From assembly GCA_046882025.1 (NCBI GenBank), contig JBKSNB010000086.1:1-46601 (forward strand): a DNA stretch of 46,601 nt, given 5' to 3'. Shown here one piece after another: positions 1 through 8,900 of the stretch (positions are counted from its first letter, which is position 1; every line of letters begins with the position of its first letter). The notes below the pieces were generated by a model. It did not search any database and was not told the origin of the DNA. It saw nothing but the letters and a program-made list of their open reading frames with translations. A program made the position numbers and the translations under genes. The stretch is from Alphaproteobacteria bacterium. Its GTDB lineage: Bacteria > Pseudomonadota > Alphaproteobacteria > Rs-D84.

Positions 1-46
1 TCGCAGGCCAAAGCACCCACGATTCTTTAAACATGCGAAACAACAC

Positions 47-175
47 TTACAAATCGTTTGTATCAATGCCACGATCACGCAACATTTTAACAATAACAGA
101 ATCTTCTTTCTTTGCCTTTAGGTTTTGCACACCCTTTTCAAATCCCTTTTTATTTCCAGGCATTTTAGTTGTCAT
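47..175 (-). CDS. possible small ORF (42 aa), hypothetical protein
   Basis: ATG at 175 is preceded by an AAGGGG SD-like motif. It encodes MTTKMPGNKKGFEKGVQNLKAKKEDSVIVKMLRDRGIDTNDL. No family recognised; may be noise. Confidence 0.2.
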   Translation of the reverse strand: MTTKMPGNKKGFEKGVQNLKAKKEDSVIVKMLRDRGIDTNDL

Positions 176-275
176 ATGTATACCCCTTTTAAATTCAACT
201 ATGTTCTGCAATATACACCAACAAAATATTTTGTCAAGTATATTGTTTTTCATCAACCAATTCTTGCATCAACAC

Positions 276-1841
276 CTATCGCACAATACCGCCAGGGATT
301 TCCTTGACCTCCAATGCGATGGGGGCAGGATTTGCCTTTTCGGTATAGTGAACTTCCTTAACAACGCGAACACGTCTGTTTTCTGCATTTGCAACACCAT
401 CTGGCGTTGGAACCTTTAAATCTTCTTCACCTGCAGACACCGCTATAATTTGACTCGCCGGTATACCATATTCTATCAGCATTTTTTGCACCGCCTCTGC
501 ACGGCGCCCACCCAACGCATAATTATAACTTTGTGAACCCATTGTATCTGTATGCCCAACAACCGTCACCTTGATATTCTTATTTTCCTGGGTTGCAGTT
601 GCCAACTGTTTAATCAACGCCTGATATTCTGGTTTTATTGTTGATTTATCAAAATCGAAACGCACTTCAAAAATTTCTTCCATAACATGCTGTTTTGGTT
701 CTAATGGAATCTGTTGAACCTTGATCATTGTTTTATCGCCAGATGCCGCCTGCAATTTATCCAAGCGTGCATTTATCGCCGCCAATTCAGACCGCATAGC
801 CATCATCATATCAATAAATTCCTGACGTGACACCAATTCTTCTGAAACGATGGGTTCATTTTGGCAATCACATGGTGCAACAAAAACACTGGTATCACCA
901 CATGTTGTTGAAACATTGTTTTCCCCCTGTTCTGCAGACGCCGCATCACATGCCGGTTGAGCCGCACAATCACACCCTGCATCAGCATCAATATCATTAG
1001 CCACAAAACCACGCACAGATTTATCCATGGCCCTAACCGAATTATCCACTGCCTTAACAGATTTATTTGCGCCATAAATATTTTGATTAAATGTCAGTGG
1101 CTGAACCGGCACAGGATTTATCAAATGTTCAGGAATATTAACATTATTAACAATGATAACCCCATCACGCGAACGTGACGTTGCCTGCATTGCCGCCATT
1201 GTCATTGTTTCAGGATAATACTGCTGTTCCTGGACAACAGGTTTAACATTTTCAACAATAGTTTGCTCTGATTTTTGGGTTGAAACGACCTGACCGCCGA
1301 TACAATCACGCAACGCATTCATAGATTTGTAATACCGATCACGACATTTTTCTGCGGTTGCGTTCTGACCACTTGCAGACGCAGACAACCAACAATCAAA
1401 TTTTGCCTGAACCTCTGCCGCCAATTCAGGATTCGAATATGTTGCATCACTTCTAAACTGATCCATTATATCATTATAGGCAGTATACAATTCGTACGAT
1501 TCCTGTTCATCATCAATTTGCCAATCTGACAAAGATTCTGGGAACGGCGTTTCGCCCGAAAACGCTGCGACTGCTTTCTGGGCAAAACGTTCACCCATAT
1601 CAGGATAACCACTAGTCCGCGCATTATAAATTGCATACGAACGATAATTCATCGCCAACTGATTCAAGAAAGAATCCTTATGCGGTGCCGAATAAACATC
1701 CAACTGTTCGATATAATCGACCGTTGGCGTATCAAATGCGACATATTCATCATTATTCGTTCCCGCGCATCCGACCAGCCCAACAACCCCAACCACCGAT
1801 AAAACACGCATCACAGACACAACAGATATAACATTTTTCAT
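276..1841 (-). CDS. OmpA-family peptidoglycan-binding lipoprotein
   Basis: N-terminal lipoprotein signal with lipobox (VGLVGC). C-terminal OmpA_C-like domain (FDFDKSTIKPEY...VVGHTDTMGSQSYNYALGGRRAEAV...NRRVRV). Confidence 0.8.
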   Translation of the reverse strand: MKNVISVVSVMRVLSVVGVVGLVGCAGTNNDEYVAFDTPTVDYIEQLDVYSAPHKDSFLNQLAMNYRSYAIYNARTSGYPDMGERFAQKAVAAFSGETPFPESLSDWQIDDEQESYELYTAYNDIMDQFRSDATYSNPELAAEVQAKFDCWLSASASGQNATAEKCRDRYYKSMNALRDCIGGQVVSTQKSEQTIVENVKPVVQEQQYYPETMTMAAMQATSRSRDGVIIVNNVNIPEHLINPVPVQPLTFNQNIYGANKSVKAVDNSVRAMDKSVRGFVANDIDADAGCDCAAQPACDAASAEQGENNVSTTCGDTSVFVAPCDCQNEPIVSEELVSRQEFIDMMMAMRSELAAINARLDKLQAASGDKTMIKVQQIPLEPKQHVMEEIFEVRFDFDKSTIKPEYQALIKQLATATQENKNIKVTVVGHTDTMGSQSYNYALGGRRAEAVQKMLIEYGIPASQIIAVSAGEEDLKVPTPDGVANAENRRVRVVKEVHYTEKANPAPIALEVKEIPGGIVR

Positions 1842-1921
1842 AAAAAAATCCTTTCCTATTTGTGTTTAATTATACAAAAAATCGTATATTTAGTAAAGCA
1901 GAAAAAAAGTCCTAAAAAATA

Positions 1922-2716
1922 TTATTTATCCAAAAACTGTGCGGCGACACTGCCCAACGAAGACAAACCGCCCAATCCTGCCCCACTATTTGTCAAGTTC
2001 GAAACCGATTGCATAATCGTTGCCGTATTCGTTTTTGCACCAACGTTGCCCATCGTATTCTTCAAGAATTCACCCCATGCGTCACGTTTTTTCGCACTCA
2101 AACGTGAATTTGAACAAGAATCAACCTTGTCTAATATCTTTGCTGCCATTGTTGCCTCTGTTGCGGTATAATCAGCCGGCGAAAAATCGACCAGATTAAA
2201 CACATCATAAATATTAGAAATTGTTTTTCTGTTTTTAGACGACGCACTGCACAAACCATCATCACAATATTCACCAACGGACGCCATTGGATAACCATCC
2301 CATATTGCACCCTTATCATCAAAACAATCCCAGCATAATTCGACACCGGTTAATTCTGCTTCACCATTCTGAACATGCGTTCTATACGGCACAGCACCAC
2401 AACACATGTGCAATCCCAGTGCTTCACGTGCAGACATTGCGCCCGTTTTTGCCCATTCCTTTATCATATTATTAACAAAGGTTATTTCCGTACTGGTTGG
2501 CTGACATTCCGCATCCAACGCACGTTGTTTCGCACTTATTTCCTTAATACCACTGGCGAGTGACAGCACCGTCGGCACCAAACTGGTTGTTGTATCGATT
2601 GCACTCTGTTGCTGTGTTGCGACAGGCGCGGCCTTTTTCACAGCAACCGCCCCCATGGCATCAGCACACGCCAACGCAGTTAACAAACCAACAAAGAACA
2701 GTGTGTTTCTTTTCAT
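1922..2716 (-). CDS. secreted cysteine-rich hypothetical protein
   Basis: Start moved to ATG 2716, giving the signal peptide MKRNTLFFVGLLTALACADA. Clustered Cys (HMCCGAVPY, CWDCFDDKG, EYCDDGLC) and a Gly-rich C-terminus (SGAGLGGLSSLGS). No family recognised. Confidence 0.6.
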   Translation of the reverse strand: MKRNTLFFVGLLTALACADAMGAVAVKKAAPVATQQQSAIDTTTSLVPTVLSLASGIKEISAKQRALDAECQPTSTEITFVNNMIKEWAKTGAMSAREALGLHMCCGAVPYRTHVQNGEAELTGVELCWDCFDDKGAIWDGYPMASVGEYCDDGLCSASSKNRKTISNIYDVFNLVDFSPADYTATEATMAAKILDKVDSCSNSRLSAKKRDAWGEFLKNTMGNVGAKTNTATIMQSVSNLTNSGAGLGGLSSLGSVAAQFLDK

Positions 2717-2767
2717 CTCTCTTAGGACAGATTGTAGCACAAAAAAAGAAACAAATAAATATAAAAA

Positions 2768-2796
2768 TTGCTTTTTGTTTTATGGCGCGCTACCAT
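2768..2796 (+). promoter_or_regulatory. sigma70-like promoter (TTGCTT-N17-TACCAT) placing the TSS at or next to the lptC ATG (leaderless-type)
   Basis: -35 at 2768-2773, -10 at 2791-2796, ATG at 2804, only 7 nt after the -10. No SD. The block TACCATACCCAGTATG is near-identical to the one at 12325-12340. Confidence 0.35.
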
Positions 2797-2803
2797 ACCC
2801 AGT

Positions 2804-3283
2804 ATGCCGAACGACACACGCAGTTTTTTGATTTTTAGGAAACACAAACGCCTGACCCGCCTGCGCCAATTTTTTTTCACAGGTTGGGGATTGGTTATGA
2901 TTGCGTCATTGATTGCGGGCGCCCTGTTTACCAAGCAGATTTTATGGACACCAATATCTGCGATAAATATGACGGATATTGTCAGCAACCAATTCAAAAT
3001 GTCGAATGCATCATTTTATGGCACCGACAAAAATGGCGAACCTTTTTCTGTTCGGGCATCTTCTGGGCGCCAGGAATACGACAACCCAAACATTGTTTTT
3101 TTAGACAATGTTTCCGGCACAACGGTCAGGATTGACAACAACAAAAAAATCACAGATAATATACGTGCCAACACCGCCCGATATGACCGCAAGGCAAAAA
3201 CATTAACACTGCTGGGGCATGTCCGCATCGATTCCAGTAACGGCGACAAAATATTAACAGATGAAATGGTGATACAATTATGA
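2804..3283 (+). CDS. lptC: LPS export system protein LptC-like
   Basis: Single N-terminal TM anchor (FFFTGWGLVMIASLIAGALF), then a ~130-aa beta-rich periplasmic domain. ATGA overlap with lptB. Size and position are typical of LptC. Start set to ATG 2804 instead of TTG 2768. Confidence 0.6.
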   Translation: MPNDTRSFLIFRKHKRLTRLRQFFFTGWGLVMIASLIAGALFTKQILWTPISAINMTDIVSNQFKMSNASFYGTDKNGEPFSVRASSGRQEYDNPNIVFLDNVSGTTVRIDNNKKITDNIRANTARYDRKAKTLTLLGHVRIDSSNGDKILTDEMVIQL

Positions 3284-4011
3284 TTAAACAATCTGAATTA
3301 CGTATCGAACACTTATCGAAAACATACGGCAAACGCATGGTTCTGCGCGACATATCGCTGTATGCGCGCCAGGGCGAATCGGTTGGGCTGTTGGGACCGA
3401 ATGGCGCGGGAAAAACGACGGCATTTTATTGCATAACAGGCCAGTTAAACGCAACCGGTGGTCAAATTTTTTTAAATTCCCAGGATATAACCCACCTGCC
3501 GTTTTACCAACGTGCGCGTCTAAAAATCGGCTATCTACCCCAGGAAAACAGTGTTTTCCGCGGTCTGTCGGTCGAAGATAATATTATGGCAATTCTGGAA
3601 GTGGTCGAATCGAATCGGAAAAAGCGCACCGAAAAATTAAACAATCTGTTGCATGAATTTGATATCGAATCGTTGCGGCACAGTCCTGCAACCGCACTGT
3701 CGGGGGGCGAACGTCGACGTGTGGAAATCGCACGCGCATTGGCCAACGATCCAAAATTTATATTACTGGACGAACCATTTGCCGGCATTGATCCAATTGC
3801 CGTTAACGAAATTAGATGCCTGGTATCACAATTAAAGAATCGTGGTTTGGGTGTAATAATTACCGACCACAACGTTCGTGAAACACTTGGCATTACCGAC
3901 CGCAGTTATGTTTTACACGACGGATTGATTTTGAAACACGGCACCAGCAACGAAATAATTCACGACAAAATGGTGAAAAAGGTTTATCTGGGCGAAGATT
4001 TCACAATGTAA
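3280..4011 (+). CDS. lptB: LPS export ABC transporter ATP-binding protein LptB
   Basis: Walker A GPNGAGKTT, ABC signature LSGGERRRVEIARAL, Walker B ILLDEPFAGIDP. 243 aa. Confidence 0.9.
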   Translation: MIKQSELRIEHLSKTYGKRMVLRDISLYARQGESVGLLGPNGAGKTTAFYCITGQLNATGGQIFLNSQDITHLPFYQRARLKIGYLPQENSVFRGLSVEDNIMAILEVVESNRKKRTEKLNNLLHEFDIESLRHSPATALSGGERRRVEIARALANDPKFILLDEPFAGIDPIAVNEIRCLVSQLKNRGLGVIITDHNVRETLGITDRSYVLHDGLILKHGTSNEIIHDKMVKKVYLGEDFTM

Positions 4012-4192
4012 ACCGCTACGCGGGGACGGTGGAAAACAAACGAAGGTTTAAATTGCATCGCCCAAAAAATATTTATTGTCAACATATGCAATCTAACAAT
4101 CGTTGAAAATCTGTTTTTTTGTGTTTTGTAAAAATTGAATTTTTTGAAAAAAGTGATTGAATTTAAACCTTGGTTTTCGCACCAGTTTTTAG

Positions 4193-4224
4193 CAAAAAAT
4201 ACACCGCACCAAACGGCGCGGTTA
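4193..4224 (-). terminator. rho-independent terminator candidate downstream of carD
   Basis: Hairpin ACCGCACC-AAAC-GGCGCGGT (one mismatch), preceded on the + strand by an A-run, which is a T-run on the minus strand. Confidence 0.4.
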
Positions 4225-4250
4225 TGTTATAACACAAATTTATGTAGAAC

Positions 4251-4817
4251 CTATTCGGTTTCGTTTTCAGCAATTTCATCGTCTGAATCTTCATCAACCG
4301 CGTTCAAATCTATTTCCTTTGGAACACCCAAGATATCTTCTATCTTCTCTGACGCGGCATCCAAATCCATTTTATGCAATACGGCAAATTCCTGGGCCAT
4401 ACGTTCCAACGCACGCAAATACAACTGGCGCGCAGAAAATGTCATTGTATCCGCCGCACTGCGCCGTTGCAGGTCACGTACCACCTCTGCCAGTTTCATG
4501 GGGTCACCCGAATTAATATTTTCTTCATATTGTGCGGCACGACGCGCCCATATCATACGTTTTGCACCCGCACGCCCCTTGGCCGACGCAATCGCTTCAT
4601 CCATTTTTTTCGCACTGGTCAATGGTCGCAAGCCAGAAATTTCCGCACGTTCCAACGGGACACGCAACGTCATATGATTCCGTTCGAAATCAATAACCAA
4701 CATTTTTATTTTCTGACCACCGATAACTTGTTCTTCGGTGCGAACCAATTTACCAACGCCCTGGGTTGGATAAACAACAAACTGACCCGCCTTAAAATCT
4801 AACTTCTTATTTGGCAT
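4251..4817 (-). CDS. carD: CarD/CdnL-family RNA-polymerase-binding transcription regulator
   Basis: N-terminal CarD/TRCF RNAP-interaction domain (FKAGQFVVYPTQGVGKLV...VIDFERNHMTLRVPLERAE). Start set to ATG 4817 (AAAGGTG SD) rather than GTG 4826. Acidic C-terminal tail. Confidence 0.85.
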   Translation of the reverse strand: MPNKKLDFKAGQFVVYPTQGVGKLVRTEEQVIGGQKIKMLVIDFERNHMTLRVPLERAEISGLRPLTSAKKMDEAIASAKGRAGAKRMIWARRAAQYEENINSGDPMKLAEVVRDLQRRSAADTMTFSARQLYLRALERMAQEFAVLHKMDLDAASEKIEDILGVPKEIDLNAVDEDSDDEIAENETE

Positions 4818-4904
4818 ACTATACACCTTTGTTTAGGTTGCCACCCTCTCTCGTTTCGTCTAATTATACCACAAAAATATCAAAAAACAAATATTTAGGA
4901 AACT

Positions 4905-5435
4905 TTATCTGGGCAATTTACGAATACTAGTTGTACGGCGCACACTGGATGCCTTGACCGTCTCTGGCGTTGTAACCCGTTCAGTGCAAACATATTCGTC
5001 ACCCTGTAAAACCGCAACCTGGCCCGCAGGACAATTCGGTTTTTCCAAACGCCACCCAAAACAAGACCCCTTTTGATACGACATATACGCCGAACGTTCT
5101 GTCGCAGTGTACCTATATGCACCATATCGCGGATTCCATTCACCAACGCGTTCACCATTACACCATTTACGTTCACCAAAACACGTAACACAATTTCCGG
5201 CATTGTCGCACAACTCATTCGGACCAGATAAACGATATCCAGAATTTGCACTATCCCCGCTGCCCATGTATTTACCCGTTTCTAAATCCAGGCACCATAC
5301 ACGTTGACATTGAAACGTGTTAATATTATCAATACGTTTAGATTCAACCAACGCATACCCATCACCGCACGAAAACGCACCATGTGCATTCGCTGCAATA
5401 AAACAACAAAAAAATAAAAACAATATCTTTTTCAT
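4905..5435 (-). CDS. secreted cysteine-rich hypothetical protein
   Basis: Start moved to ATG 5435, giving the signal peptide MKKILFLFFCCFIAANAHG. Many Cys (FSCGDGY, FQCQRVWC, CDNAGNCVTCFGERKWC). Basic Thr/Ser/Arg C-terminal tail (TTPETVKASSVRRTTSIRKLPR). Confidence 0.6.
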   Translation of the reverse strand: MKKILFLFFCCFIAANAHGAFSCGDGYALVESKRIDNINTFQCQRVWCLDLETGKYMGSGDSANSGYRLSGPNELCDNAGNCVTCFGERKWCNGERVGEWNPRYGAYRYTATERSAYMSYQKGSCFGWRLEKPNCPAGQVAVLQGDEYVCTERVTTPETVKASSVRRTTSIRKLPR

Positions 5436-5482
5436 CTGTAATTTATATTCTACTATTTTTCTATGTTTTTTCCACACGTTTT

Positions 5483-5914
5483 TTATTGCCCCAAACCAGC
5501 CGGCGAAAAACGCCCAACATTTTTGAACAATTCTTCAAACGCATTTAATTCTATTGCGGCCGGAATATCCGTTTCCCCAGATGCAATTCTGACATCTGGC
5601 AAATCAGAATCATGCAATATTTGTGTTTTTGTCACACGACCATTTTTAACCCATGCCAGCAAAATCGTCTTGTCATCATATGTGTGTTTAAACGGCCCCC
5701 AAAAATTTTCATTTGCACCATAATATATCCAAACTTCATCACCATAAATTGTTTTTGTCTGGGGATCACCAACCAAATTCTGCAATTGTTTTGTTGTTTT
5801 AATGGTTGAAATCTGTTCATCTATATCAGATGGGAAAACATACCCACGATGCTTGGTCTGTAATGCACACCCAGAAATCACGACACAAAATAAAATCAAT
5901 AATATTTTCTTCAT
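5483..5914 (-). CDS. bamE: outer-membrane assembly lipoprotein BamE (SmpA/OmlA)-like
   Basis: Lipoprotein signal (VVISGC). ~140 aa with an SmpA/OmlA-like core (TKQLQNLVGDPQTKTIYGDEVWIYY). ATGA overlap with the PFOR stop codon. Confidence 0.6.
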   Translation of the reverse strand: MKKILLILFCVVISGCALQTKHRGYVFPSDIDEQISTIKTTKQLQNLVGDPQTKTIYGDEVWIYYGANENFWGPFKHTYDDKTILLAWVKNGRVTKTQILHDSDLPDVRIASGETDIPAAIELNAFEELFKNVGRFSPAGLGQ

Positions 5915-8900
5915 TTCTTTTCATCCTTTACGTTATCCATTGCAAATTTTGCAATATATTTTTTTAAGTCACTTTTGTATTTATTATTAACCTTGGCCAT
6001 ATTAACCAATTTATCAAAATTCTGGTTTGCCGCACGTGCCGCCCCAAATCGCGATTCGGTTTTCAGGAAATCTTCCAATGGAACAATTTCATCTGTATTA
6101 GAATCCATTGTTAATGGATAATGCCCCTCGCCTATCAGGCGCGGATCGAATCGGTATAACGGCCACGCGCCCGTCTGAACCAACCGAGTTTGATGTTCAG
6201 GCGCATTCTGCAAATTAAACCCATGTGCGATACATGGCGCATACGCCAATATCAGCGATGGACCATCAAAACTTTCGGCTTCACGCAGGGCATGTATCGC
6301 CTGGGCTTGATTTGCCCCCAATGCAATCTGGGCGACATAGGCACCAGACATCATCGCAATCATACCCAAATCTTTTTTTGCACGTTCCTTGCCACCGATA
6401 GCAAACTTCATACTGGCACCGAACGGTGTTGCCTTGGACTGCTGACCACCAGTGTTTGAATACCCCTCAGTATCCAGGACCAAAATATTAACATTTTCCC
6501 CACTATGCAACACATGATCCAAACCACCATATCCAATATCGTATGCCCAACCATCACCACCAATAATCCATACTGATTTATCAACAATTGAATCCAGTAA
6601 CACTTCGGCCTGACGAGCAATTGGATTTTTAAATCGTTTCAGTTTTTTTCGCAAATCCGATTCAGTTTCACGTTGTTTCACAACAGAATCTATGTCAAAA
6701 ACCGCATCTGCATTTTCTATCTGCAATTCATGCAACAACGCACGCAACGCATCACGTTTTTGGTTTAATGCGATTCGCATCCCCAGGCCATATTCCGCAT
6801 TATCTTCGAACAACGAATTCGACCACGCAGGTCCCCGACCATTAGAATCCGTTGTCCATGGTGTTGTTGGCAAATTTGCACCATATATCGACGAACAACC
6901 GGTTGCATTGGCAACAATCATACGGTCACCAAACAGGTGCGATAATAATTTTATATATGGTGTTTCACCACACCCAGCGCACGCCCCCGGAAATTCAAAA
7001 TAATGCGGCAATAATTCAATATGCTTTGGAATATTCAAATTTAATTTATCGCGTGATATATCTGGAATTTTCTGTGCTGTGTCAAACGCAACCTGATTCA
7101 CATCGGCATCTTGCTTTTTAATCATAGACAACGCATGCACAGGGCAATTCTTGACACATATACCACACCCGGTGCAATCAGCCGGTGATATTGTTAATGT
7201 ATAATACATTCCTTCGCCCAATTCAGGTGTTTTCATCGGGACAACTATGACACCATGCTTTTCTGCCTCATCCGCCTGTTGCCTGGTCATAACCTTGATA
7301 CGAATGGCCGCATGCGGGCACAGCATTGAACATTTTCCACATTGAATACACTTATTCAAATCGCATGTTGCGACGTTTTCAGAGATTCCGCGTTTTTCAT
7401 ATTTTGATGTTCCAACTGGGTATTGCCCTGCCCCAAACGCACCATCAACCTTAAAACGTGACACAGGAATTTCATCCCCATGATTTGCCGCAATTTCACC
7501 CAAGGTTCCCGCAATCTCAGCCGGTGCATCAGCTGTCATCGCAGGCACAAAATCAGGCGCAAAATTTGACACCGATGATGGCAATTTATACTGCACCAAA
7601 TAATCGGATGCCGTATCAACCGCACTCCAATTCGCCTGAACAACATCCATCCCCTTTTTGCGATATGTTTTTTCAATGGCATCCTTGGCACTGTCTGCTG
7701 CAACCTTAGGGTCAATAATTTTAGTCAAATTAAAGAAATTCAACATTATAAATGTATTTATCCTATTGCCCAGCCCCAGTTTCGCCGCAGCACTGTTTGC
7801 ATCCAAGAAATATACATTTGCACGCATACGTATCAGATGCGCCTGAACATCGCGTGGCAGATTTGCAAATGCGACATCAGGGGACATGGACGTATTAATC
7901 ATAACCGTCCCCCCGGGTCGCAATGCCTTAAACACATCAAAACGCTGTGCAATCATAAAATTAGACACACTTATAAAATCAGCCGATTCAACCAGATATT
8001 CACTCTGAATTGGTTTTGTTGAAAAACGAACATGCGATGCCGTCAATCCACCTGATTTTTTAGAATCATAAACCGCATAAGATTGCGGATACAATTCAGA
8101 ATTTTCACCAACAATTTTTACAATATTTTTGACTGCGCCAACCGTTCCATCAGACCCAATACCATACAATATCGCGGTTTTAACATCTTTATCTTCGATT
8201 GAAAACGCATTATCTGTGGCCAAAGACAGTCCACTTAAATCATCATCAATACCAACCGTAAAATTATGATGTAAATCGCCACGCATCATAAATTCATATA
8301 TCGCCTTAACATCGCGTGGGGTAAATTCCTTGCTGCCCAAACCATAGCGACCACCAAACACAGACACACCACATGGAACAATCGTTTTAATATCCTGGTA
8401 TAATGGTTCACCAATACTGCCCGGTTCCTTGGTTCTATCTAAAACAGCAACCTGCTTAACCGTTTTTGGCAACGCATGCAAAAACGCATCAACCGGGAAC
8501 GGACGATACAAATGTATTTTTATCAAACCCAATCCCTTGGGTAAAAAGCGCAACGTCTCAGAAATCGTTTCACACGCAGACCCCATGGCAACAATAACAT
8601 TTTCCGCCTTTTTATCACCGACATATTCAACCAGCGAATAATTGCGACCCGTCAATTTAGAAAATTCATCCATAACATTTTGCACAATTTCCGGGGTATT
8701 TTGATACAGCGGGTTTGCGGCCTCGCGCCCCTGGAAATAAACATCTGGATTCTGGGCTGTGCCACGAATCGATGGTCTGTCCGGTGACATACCACGACTG
8801 CGCGCCGCAACAACCATATCATCCGGCAACAATTTAGACAAAACATCATCATCTATGCGGCTTAGGCGTGATTCTTCATGACTAGTTCTGAAACCATCAA

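Noticed and set aside
33-419. 128-aa + strand ORF at the window start.
   Set aside because: It overlaps the 3' end of the OmpA-family gene in antisense and has shadow-frame composition. Only the short minus-strand ORF 47-175 is kept, at low confidence.
4043-4171. A 12-bp perfect inverted repeat (AAGGTTTAAATT at 4043-4054, AATTTAAACCTT at 4160-4171) flanking ~105 bp in the lptB-carD gap. It could be a MITE or an sRNA.
   Set aside because: It is AT-rich and short. I found no second copy of the intervening sequence in the window and no promoter/terminator pair. Chance or a simple structural element cannot be excluded.
4135-4677. 180-aa ORF on the + strand.
   Set aside because: It is entirely antisense to the CarD/CdnL gene, has Ser/Ala/Arg-rich shadow-frame composition, has no SD and matches no motif.
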